Below, piece by piece: positions 54,554 through 64,000 of a DNA stretch of 64,000 nucleotides. The notes below the pieces were generated by a model, which saw nothing but the letters and a program-made list of their open reading frames with translations, did no database searches and was not told where the DNA came from. The stretch comes from Rheinheimera texasensis. Its GTDB lineage: Bacteria; Pseudomonadota; Gammaproteobacteria; Enterobacterales; Alteromonadaceae. Made by a program: the position numbers and the translations under genes. Every line of letters starts with the position of its first letter. Position 1 is the first letter of the stretch. The stretch is taken from the NCBI RefSeq assembly GCF_964031785.1, contig NZ_CAXIRE010000014.1, forward strand, positions 59,927 to 123,926. The letters run 5' to 3'.

Positions 54554-55639
54554 ATGCAAAATTCCGCACGTTTTTATGCACTGGACGTGCTGCGTGGCCT
54601 GGCCATCGCGCTGATGATTCTGGTCAATACACCGGGCAGCTGGTCGCATGTGTATAGCCCGTTGCTGCATGCCAGCTGGGATGGTTTTACCTTTGCCGAC
54701 ATCGTGTTTCCCGGCTTTTTATTTGTTGTCGGCGCCGCCATGGCGTTTTCGCTGAAAGACAGCCGGCTCAGTTCCGCAGTGGTGGCGAAAATTGCCAAAC
54801 GCGCGTTGCTGATGTTTGGCTGCGGTTTGTTGCTGAATTTTCTCAGCCATCCGGATCTGGCAACTTTACGGATCCCTGGAGTGTTGCAGCGCATCGCGCT
54901 CTGTTACGCGCTGGCGGCATTGTTGGTGCTGAGTCTGCCCAAACGTGGGCTTTGGGCGGCAGTGTTGTTGCTACTCGGCGGTTATTTCGCTTTGCTGCAA
55001 TTATCGCCGGCGCCGTTTTCGCTGGAACAAAATATTGTTCGCACGCTGGATCTGGCAGTCTTCGGCACTGCCCATGTTTATCAGGGCTTTGGGGTGGCGT
55101 TTGATCCGGAAGGATTACTCAGCACTTTGCCGGCCACCGTCAACGTGTTGCTTGGTTATTTAGTCGCGACCGGTCTTAAAGGCAAAGCGCCGCTGCAGGC
55201 GGTGCGGGATTTAGCGGCTTTTGGTGCTGTTTTAGTGCTGCTGGCTTTGGCCGGACATTGGCTGTGGCCGGTGAATAAAGCTTTGTGGTCCGGCACTTAT
55301 GTCGCCTTAAGTAGTGGTTTATTGCTGTGGCTGCTGGCTGCGCTGGTATATCTGGTGGATATCCGCAAGGCAACCAAACTGACCGAGCCGCTTAGGATCT
55401 ACGGCACCAATCCGCTGTTTATTTATATGCTGAGCTGGATGTTTTCGGTGGCAACTGGCCGATGGCTGAGCTGGAGCACTGCAGACGGCACTCAGTCAGT
55501 CGCCGGCTTGCTTTATACGGCATTGTCGTCGCTGCTGCCGCTGCAGGCGGCTTCCTTAGTGTTTGCGCTGCTGCACGTCGTGTTGTTCTGGGCGTTGTCG
55601 CTGTGGCTGTACCGCCGGCAAATTTTTATCAAGCTGTGA
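54554..55639 (+). CDS. nagX: HGSNAT-like membrane acyltransferase NagX
   Basis: LDVLRGLAIALMILVNTPG, H..WDG.T.AD.VFP.F.F.VG, RIPGVLQRIA, FDPEGLLSTLPA, NKALWS.TY. Confidence 0.88.
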   Translation: MQNSARFYALDVLRGLAIALMILVNTPGSWSHVYSPLLHASWDGFTFADIVFPGFLFVVGAAMAFSLKDSRLSSAVVAKIAKRALLMFGCGLLLNFLSHPDLATLRIPGVLQRIALCYALAALLVLSLPKRGLWAAVLLLLGGYFALLQLSPAPFSLEQNIVRTLDLAVFGTAHVYQGFGVAFDPEGLLSTLPATVNVLLGYLVATGLKGKAPLQAVRDLAAFGAVLVLLALAGHWLWPVNKALWSGTYVALSSGLLLWLLAALVYLVDIRKATKLTEPLRIYGTNPLFIYMLSWMFSVATGRWLSWSTADGTQSVAGLLYTALSSLLPLQAASLVFALLHVVLFWALSLWLYRRQIFIKL

Positions 55640-56542
55640 TGCACTGAAGTCGGCCGGCACAAACCAATATCGCCGGTTAAGGAAGTCAGTATCCGGGCTC
55701 AGGCCCGGATTCTTGAGTTCCAGCCAATGCGGCATGCTGAATTGACTAAGCGGAAACACATGTGCAGTCAGCGGATGTTGCTGCATATGCGCCAGCAACT
55801 CGCCGTCGGCAATCATCATTTCTAAACCCTGCTCAATCCACTGCGCCAGCGCTGCATTTTGTTTGCCGGTAAAAAAATAGATGGCAAAAGGGTAGTGCAG
55901 CATCAGGTTGGGATGACGCACCAAATCAGGATACAACGCAGCGCGCTCGCGCAGTTCGGTCTGACCTTCATGTAAACCGCGCGGGAAATAATCACAGCGT
56001 CCAGCGTTCACTTGCTTAAACAGATTTTCATAGACCGGGGATGTCTGCACCTTTAAGCCGGCGTTTTGCAGGATTTTAGTATCCGGCCAGCTCAGTCCCT
56101 GGCAGGCGGTGAGTTTGTGTAGTTGCTGCAGGATACTAATTTTATTGAATTTATCTGTTTGATCCCGCCGAATCGTCAGCATCCGGAAGCCCATCAGACC
56201 GCGTTCGAGTGGGATACGGATGGCGCGCAGTTGTTGTTCTTTGTCGCGGTCCGTCCCCATCCAAAATAAATCGATGATCTGGCCTTTTTGCAGTTCACGC
56301 ACAGCGCGGCCCTGTTCCATTTCGGCCACCGGCAGAATGTCGGGCAAAGGCCGGCCGGCTGCGGCTTTTTGCAAAGCTTTGCGCAGCAGCTCCACATAAT
56401 ATTGCTGGGAGACATCATGTTCAGAACGGGGTTTGGGGACGCGGATTTGGCTGATCACAGCAGTCTCTGTGGCAAAGACCGCCGCAGCAGGCATTGCCAG
56501 CAGATAACCAATCGCGACCCAAGCTAAGCAATTTTTCACCAA
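55556..56542 (-). CDS. Orphan solute-binding protein (family 3-like)
   Basis: Signal peptide, IRIPLERGLMGFR, QGLSWPDT.IL, GRCDYFPRG, YP...YFF; start uncertain (TTG 56542 or downstream). Confidence 0.75.
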   Translation of the reverse strand: MVKNCLAWVAIGYLLAMPAAAVFATETAVISQIRVPKPRSEHDVSQQYYVELLRKALQKAAAGRPLPDILPVAEMEQGRAVRELQKGQIIDLFWMGTDRDKEQQLRAIRIPLERGLMGFRMLTIRRDQTDKFNKISILQQLHKLTACQGLSWPDTKILQNAGLKVQTSPVYENLFKQVNAGRCDYFPRGLHEGQTELRERAALYPDLVRHPNLMLHYPFAIYFFTGKQNAALAQWIEQGLEMMIADGELLAHMQQHPLTAHVFPLSQFSMPHWLELKNPGLSPDTDFLNRRYWFVPADFSASQLDKNLPAVQPQRQRPEQHDVQQRKH

Positions 56543-56584
56543 GATCCACGCTCCGTTGTCTCACGCTGCGCGGTGAGAAATCGC

Positions 56585-58476
<1,892 letters not shown>

Positions 58477-58600
58477 CTAACCTATGGTCGTTTTAGCTCT
58501 GATGCAAACGCATGCGGTCGGGCAGGCGGGGCTGGTAATTTTTTTCGATTTGACGTTACTATACCAAAATAATTCCTTTCACTATAAGCCCGTGCCGGTC

Positions 58601-59263
58601 ATGGACAAGAAGTTGCGCACTAAAGATAAAATATTACAAGCCAGCATCGAGTTGTTTAACCAGCAAGGCGAGCGTCAAATCACCACCAATCATATTGCGG
58701 CGCACCTCGGCATCAGTCCGGGTAATCTGTATTACCATTTCCGCAATAAAGAGGACATTGTCCGGCAAATTTTCAAAGAATACGCCAAATTGCTGGAAAA
58801 CCGCCTGCAGCCGCCAAGCCGGCATTCCGAAGCGCTGGATGCACTGGCGCAGTACCTGGATATTGTGTTTGAACTGATGTGGCGCTTTCACTTTTTCTAC
58901 GCCAATCTGCCGGATATTTTAAGCCGTGACCCGCTGTTGCAGCAGGACTATTTGCTGGTGCAAAAAGGCGTGCAAAGTAAAGTGGTGTCGGTGCTGCAGG
59001 CGTTAAAAGCCGCCGAGGTGATTGAGATTGATGATAGCGATATCGCCAACTTCGCCCACACCATCAAACTGGTGGTGACTTTCTGGATTAGTTATCTGAA
59101 AACGCAGGCACCGCACGCCGCCATTGATCAGGCGCAGGCTTATCAGGGGGTATTAAAAATTCTGCTGTTGTTTAAACCTTATGCCACTGCACAGGCCTTA
59201 CCGCGTATTGTTAACCTGCAACGCCATTACCAGCAGTTAGCTGGCCAGCCGGTGCTGAATTAA
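58601..59263 (+). CDS. TetR/AcrR-family regulator
   Basis: TKDKIL..S.ELFN, TTNHIAAHLGISPGNLYYHFRNKEDI. Confidence 0.92.
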   Translation: MDKKLRTKDKILQASIELFNQQGERQITTNHIAAHLGISPGNLYYHFRNKEDIVRQIFKEYAKLLENRLQPPSRHSEALDALAQYLDIVFELMWRFHFFYANLPDILSRDPLLQQDYLLVQKGVQSKVVSVLQALKAAEVIEIDDSDIANFAHTIKLVVTFWISYLKTQAPHAAIDQAQAYQGVLKILLLFKPYATAQALPRIVNLQRHYQQLAGQPVLN

Positions 59264-59497
59264 TCGTTTGGAACACTTGCAGCAGGTTGTTGCACTGTAA
59301 AGATATTTTACAGATTCGGGTGTTCCTTGTTGCATTTCGTTACAACTTGCTGGCCTTCGGCATTGTCGCCTGCCGTGCGCCGCGTTACCATGGCAACAGA
59401 GTTCAGGCGCATCTGCAGCAGGCTGCAGCCGGATCCGCAACGAGATCAGCACGCCCAAGACTCAGGGTCTTATAAAAATCAACCAGGAATTATCCCG

Positions 59498-61582
59498 ATG
59501 AAAAATATCTCTGTACTGGCGCTTAGTGTTGCACTGGCGCTTGGTCTGACCGGCTGTGAAAAAGCCGCCCAAGCTCCGGCACAAACGGCCGCTGAAACCG
59601 CACCAGTAGCCGCAGCACCGGCTAAAACCCTGGTGTCAGGTGTGGAACAGGAAAACTTTGACCCTGCGGTCAAACATAACGAAAACTTCTTCTACAGCGT
59701 CAATGGGACCTGGCTGAAGAACACCGAAATCCCGGCAGATAAATCGAACTACGGCTCTTTCACCAAACTGTATGACGATTCTCAGGTTGCGATGCGCACT
59801 ATCATCGAGTCTGCAGCAGCGAAAAAAGACAAAGTTGCCGGCACTGACGAGCAGAAGCTGGGTGATTTCTACAATAGCTATATGGATGAAGCCGGCATCG
59901 AAGCCAAAGGTGTCACACCAATCAAAGCCGATTTAGACAAAATCGCGGCGATTAAAGATCACACTGAACTGGCCCGCGTCATGGGTGAAATGCAGCTGAC
60001 CGGCACCAGCCTGCCATTTGGCTGGTATGTCAACAACGATGCCAAAGCTTCTACCCAAAACGCGGTGTATCTGGGCCAGAGCGGCCTGGGTTTACCGGAC
60101 AAAGATTATTACTTCAATAAAGACGCGAAGTTCGAAACAATCCGTGCTGAATATCAGAAATATCTGGTGGATATGCTGACCTTAGCTGGTGTGGCAGAGC
60201 CTGCCAAAGCGGCCGAGCGCATTTACGCGCTGGAGCTGAAGATTGCTGAGAAGCACTGGAGCCGTGTGGAAAACCGCGACGCCGACAAAACTTACAACAA
60301 GTTCAGCAAAGCAGATTTAACCGCCAAACTGGGCGCTTTCCCGTGGGAAGAATATGCCAAAGTGGTGAAACTGGATGGCGTGGCTGACATCATCGTTGAA
60401 CAGCCAAGTTATTTTGAAGCCTTTGGTGCTATCTACAAAGACACTGACTTGCAAACCTGGAAAGACTACCTGAGCATCCGTTTTGTCTCTGAGTATTCAG
60501 GCAAACTGAGCAAAGCCTTTGTTGACCGCCAGTTCGCTTTCTACGGCACTGTGTTGTCAGGTACCAAAGAGCAACAACCACGCTGGAAAAAAGCCGTCAA
60601 CGCGTCTGACGAAGTGTTGGGTGAAATCGTTGGCAAACTGTACGTTGAGCAACATTTCAAACCAGAAGCCAAAGAACGCATGACAGTGCTGGTCGACAAT
60701 CTGATCAAAGCCTATCACCAGAGCATTGACACACTGGAATGGATGACGCCGGAAACCAAAAAAGCCGCGCATGAAAAGCTGAACAAGTTCACACCAAAAA
60801 TCGGTTATCCGGATAAATGGAAAGACTACAGCAGCCTGAGCATCAAAGGTGACGACCTGGTCGGCAACTACAAAGCAGCTGCGCAGTTCGCTTACACCAA
60901 GATGACCGAGAAACTGGGCAAGCCGGTTGACCGTTCTGAATGGTTTATGACACCACAAACTGTCAACGCCTACTACAACCCGGTGAACAACGAAATCGTG
61001 TTCCCGGCTGCGATTCTGCAACCACCGTTCTTTAACCTGGAAGCGGATGATGCGGTGAACTACGGTGGTATCGGCGCTGTGATCGGCCACGAATTAGGCC
61101 ATGGTTTTGACGACCAGGGCGCGAAGTTTGACGGTGACGGTAACCTGCGCAACTGGTGGACCGACGCCGATAAAGCCGAGTTCGAAAAACGCGGCAAGCA
61201 GTTAGTGGCGCAGTACAACCAGTACTCCCCACTGGAAGGCATGCACGTCAACGGCGAGCTGACGTTAGGTGAAAACATTGGCGACCTCGGTGGTCTGACC
61301 GTAGCTCTGAAAGCTTATAAACTGTCGTTAGGCGGTGTCGATGCCCCAGTGATGGACGGCTTCACCGGTGAACAACGTTTCTTCCTGAGCTGGTCACAAG
61401 TGTGGCGTCGCAAAGGCCGTGAAGAGTACTTACGCAATATGCTGACCACAGATCCGCATTCACCAAGCGAATACCGCGTCATTGGTATCGTGTCGAACAT
61501 TCCTGAGTTCTATGACGCATTTAACGTCAAACCAGGCGACAAGATGTACATCGCACCGGAAAACCGCGTTAAGATCTGGTAA
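59498..61582 (+). CDS. M13-family zinc endopeptidase lipoprotein (PepO-like)
   Basis: LTG-C lipobox, VNAYY, HELGH, GENIGD, DPHSP. Confidence 0.95.
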   Translation: MKNISVLALSVALALGLTGCEKAAQAPAQTAAETAPVAAAPAKTLVSGVEQENFDPAVKHNENFFYSVNGTWLKNTEIPADKSNYGSFTKLYDDSQVAMRTIIESAAAKKDKVAGTDEQKLGDFYNSYMDEAGIEAKGVTPIKADLDKIAAIKDHTELARVMGEMQLTGTSLPFGWYVNNDAKASTQNAVYLGQSGLGLPDKDYYFNKDAKFETIRAEYQKYLVDMLTLAGVAEPAKAAERIYALELKIAEKHWSRVENRDADKTYNKFSKADLTAKLGAFPWEEYAKVVKLDGVADIIVEQPSYFEAFGAIYKDTDLQTWKDYLSIRFVSEYSGKLSKAFVDRQFAFYGTVLSGTKEQQPRWKKAVNASDEVLGEIVGKLYVEQHFKPEAKERMTVLVDNLIKAYHQSIDTLEWMTPETKKAAHEKLNKFTPKIGYPDKWKDYSSLSIKGDDLVGNYKAAAQFAYTKMTEKLGKPVDRSEWFMTPQTVNAYYNPVNNEIVFPAAILQPPFFNLEADDAVNYGGIGAVIGHELGHGFDDQGAKFDGDGNLRNWWTDADKAEFEKRGKQLVAQYNQYSPLEGMHVNGELTLGENIGDLGGLTVALKAYKLSLGGVDAPVMDGFTGEQRFFLSWSQVWRRKGREEYLRNMLTTDPHSPSEYRVIGIVSNIPEFYDAFNVKPGDKMYIAPENRVKIW

Positions 61583-61604
61583 TAAAGCCGGTTAACACCG
61601 CTTA

Positions 61605-61635
61605 AAAAAATGGCCGCCTGTTGCGGCCATTTTTT
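61605..61635 (+). terminator. Terminator after the M13 peptidase
   Basis: AAAAAATGGCCGC-CTGTT-GCGGCCATTTTTT. Confidence 0.88.
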
Positions 61636-61760
61636 ATGCTTTTGCGGTGATAACGGTTTGACGCTGCAGCTGGACACAGAGAATTAAGCTGCGTTATTGT
61701 TTTAAACAAACACCATTCAGCAAACTTATAGCGACTATAAGCCATGCTGCTTATACTACG

Positions 61761-61790
61761 GTGTCAATTCCGGCCAAATTTTCTTATAAT
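61761..61790 (+). promoter_or_regulatory. sigma70 promoter of acnB
   Basis: Perfect TATAAT at 61785-61790; weak -35 GTGTCA with 18-nt spacer. Confidence 0.6.
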
Positions 61791-61859
61791 CCAGCCGTTT
61801 GATTTGCTGCCAACCCGCTGAATGGCAAGTGTTCAGCGGACCAACCTGAGGACATTACT

Positions 61860-64000
61860 GTGCTGCAACAATACCGTGAACACGTCGCTGAACGTGCGAC
61901 CCAAGGCATTCCTCCAAAGCCGCTGACTGCGCAACAAGTGGCTGATTTAGTTCAATTATTAAAGAATCCTCCAGCCGGCGAAGAAGCATTCCTCGTCGAC
62001 TTACTCGAAAACCGCATTCCACCGGGTGTTGATGAAGCGGCTTATGTCAAAGCCGGTTTCTTAACTGCAGTCGCCAAAGGCGAAGTCACCAGCCCGTTAG
62101 TGACGCCAGAACGTGCCACAGAACTGTTAGGTACTATGTTCGGCGGTTACAACATTCAGCCAATGATTGACCTGCTGGACAGCGACAAGTTAGGCGCTCT
62201 CGCCGCGAAAGGCCTGTCGCACACGCTGCTGATGTTTGATTCATTCCACGATGTGAAAGAAAAAGCTGACAAAGGCAATCAACACGCGAAAAACGTGCTG
62301 CAAAGCTGGGCCGATGCCGAGTGGTTCTTAAGTAAACCTGCTATCCCGGAAAAAATCACTGTGACTGTGTTTAAAGTCACTGGCGAAACCAACACCGACG
62401 ACCTGTCGCCGGCACCTGATGCCTGGTCACGTCCGGATATTCCGCTGCACGCTTTAGCCATGCTGAAAAACGAACGTGATGGCATTGTGCCGGACGTTCC
62501 AGGCTCAAAAGGCCCGGTCAAACAAATCGAAGCGCTGATTGCCAAAGGTTTCCCACTGGCGTACGTCGGTGACGTGGTCGGTACTGGCTCAAGCCGTAAA
62601 TCTGCGACTAACTCTGTGCTGTGGTTTATGGGCGACGACATGCCGTTTGTACCAAACAAACGCACTGGCGGTGTTTGTTTAGGTGGCAAAATCGCACCAA
62701 TTTTCTTCAACACCATGGAAGATTCAGGTTCGCTGCCAATCGAGCTGGATGTCAACAGCATGGCGATGGGCGATGTCATTGATATTTTCCCACATCAGGG
62801 CGTCGTGAAACGTCACGGCACTGATGAAGTGATTTCTACTTTTGAGCTGCGTTCTAACGTGCTGTTAGACGAAGTGCGCGCTGGTGGCCGTATTCCACTG
62901 ATCATCGGCCGTGGTCTGACTGACAAAGCGCGTGAAGCGCTGGGTCTGCCGCATTCAACAGTATTTGAGCGTCCGGCTGTGACTGCAGTCACTAATAAAG
63001 GCTTCACGCTGGCGCAAAAATTGGTCGGTAAAGCTTGTGGCGTCAAAGGGATCCGCCCTGGCCAATACTGTGAGCCAAAAATGACGACTGTTGGTTCACA
63101 AGACACCACAGGTCCTATGACACGCGATGAGTTAAAAGACTTAGCCTGTTTAGGTTTCTCGGCCGATTTAGTGATGCAGTCTTTCTGTCACACGGCGGCG
63201 TATCCGAAACCAGTAGACGTGAATACTCACCACACGCTGCCGGATTTCATCATGAACCGCGGCGGTATTTCACTGCGTCCGGGTGACGGCGTGATCCACA
63301 GCTGGTTAAACCGCATGTTGTTACCAGACACAGTCGGCACTGGTGGTGACTCACACACCCGTTTCCCACTGGGTATTTCGTTCCCGGCCGGTTCTGGCCT
63401 GGTGGCATTCGCGGCTGCTACCGGCGTAATGCCGCTGGATATGCCGGAGTCTGTGTTAGTGCGCTTTAAAGGCGAAATGCAGCCAGGTATCACCTTACGT
63501 GATTTGGTCCATGCCATCCCTTACTACGCCATTCAGCAAGGCCTGCTGACGGTGGAGAAAAAAGGCAAGGTCAACATTTTCTCAGGCCGCGTGCTGGAAA
63601 TCGAAGGTCTGGAGCATTTAACTGCGGAACAGGCGTTTGAACTGTCTGACGCTTCTGCTGAGCGTTCAGCGGCTGGTTGTACTATCACGTTGTCGGAAGA
63701 TTCAGTGCGTGAGTACCTGCAATCGAACATCGTGATGCTGAAGTGGATGATTAGCGAAGGGTACGGCGATGTCCGCACTATCGAGCGCCGGATCAACGCG
63801 ATGGAAGCCTGGTTGGCCAATCCGAAACTGGAACGCGCGGATGCGGATGCTGAATATGCAGCTGTCATTGAAATTGATCTGGCGGATGTGAAAGAACCAA
63901 TCCTGTGTGCGCCAAATGACCCGGACGACGCCCGTCTGTTGTCAGCAGTTGCCGGTGAGAAGATTGACGAAGTCTTTATCGGTTCTTGTATGACTAACAT
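61860..64000 (+). CDS. acnB: Aconitate hydratase B (3' truncated by window edge; absent from the ORF track)
   Basis: GAGGA RBS, GTG start: [68 protein letters not shown], ends VFIGSCMTN. Confidence 0.98.
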   Translation, partial: MLQQYREHVAERATQGIPPKPLTAQQVADLVQLLKNPPAGEEAFLVDLLENRIPPGVDEAAYVKAGFLTAVAKGEVTSPLVTPERATELLGTMFGGYNIQPMIDLLDSDKLGALAAKGLSHTLLMFDSFHDVKEKADKGNQHAKNVLQSWADAEWFLSKPAIPEKITVTVFKVTGETNTDDLSPAPDAWSRPDIPLHALAMLKNERDGIVPDVPGSKGPVKQIEALIAKGFPLAYVGDVVGTGSSRKSATNSVLWFMGDDMPFVPNKRTGGVCLGGKIAPIFFNTMEDSGSLPIELDVNSMAMGDVIDIFPHQGVVKRHGTDEVISTFELRSNVLLDEVRAGGRIPLIIGRGLTDKAREALGLPHSTVFERPAVTAVTNKGFTLAQKLVGKACGVKGIRPGQYCEPKMTTVGSQDTTGPMTRDELKDLACLGFSADLVMQSFCHTAAYPKPVDVNTHHTLPDFIMNRGGISLRPGDGVIHSWLNRMLLPDTVGTGGDSHTRFPLGISFPAGSGLVAFAAATGVMPLDMPESVLVRFKGEMQPGITLRDLVHAIPYYAIQQGLLTVEKKGKVNIFSGRVLEIEGLEHLTAEQAFELSDASAERSAAGCTITLSEDSVREYLQSNIVMLKWMISEGYGDVRTIERRINAMEAWLANPKLERADADAEYAAVIEIDLADVKEPILCAPNDPDDARLLSAVAGEKIDEVFIGSCMTN

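Overview
Chromosomal window from an Alteromonadales/Chromatiaceae-like gammaproteobacterium (Rheinheimera-like gene content; inference). I saw no integrase, transposase, tRNA/rRNA or CRISPR array. Left to right: rplM(partial)-rpsI, petABC, sspAB, a small Val-rich lipoprotein, a MacAB-like ABC exporter, ilvY/ilvC, mgsA, a CueR copper locus (cueR-copA/copZ), alx behind a yybP-ykoY riboswitch, a ZapE-like ATPase, an S9 peptidase and an orphan solute-binding protein. Then a putative 3-hydroxybutyrate(-oligomer) scavenging regulon (22.0-35.7 kb): exported MetX-fold esterase, GntP permease, TonB-dependent receptor, CrbR-like regulator, CrbS-like SLC5 hybrid kinase and 3-hydroxybutyrate dehydrogenase. 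It is tied together by a shared GYAC-TAAR-GTAC palindrome at identical spacing from three -10-like elements. Next comes a Shewanella-type NagR GlcNAc/chitin regulon (TBDR, sapC, two tryptophan-halogenase-like genes, GH20 hexosaminidase, nagK, nagB-II, nagA, nagP, nagX). Within it, one perfect operator controls no adjacent CDS but a ~240-nt promoter-to-terminator unit (candidate sRNA). The window ends with wzi-coaD, a TetR regulator, an M13 peptidase and acnB(partial). Best candidates for undescribed biology are the 3-hydroxybutyrate regulon with its own CrbS/R-type paralogue and operator, and the NagR-controlled sRNA. All calls come from reading motifs by eye; no searches were run.
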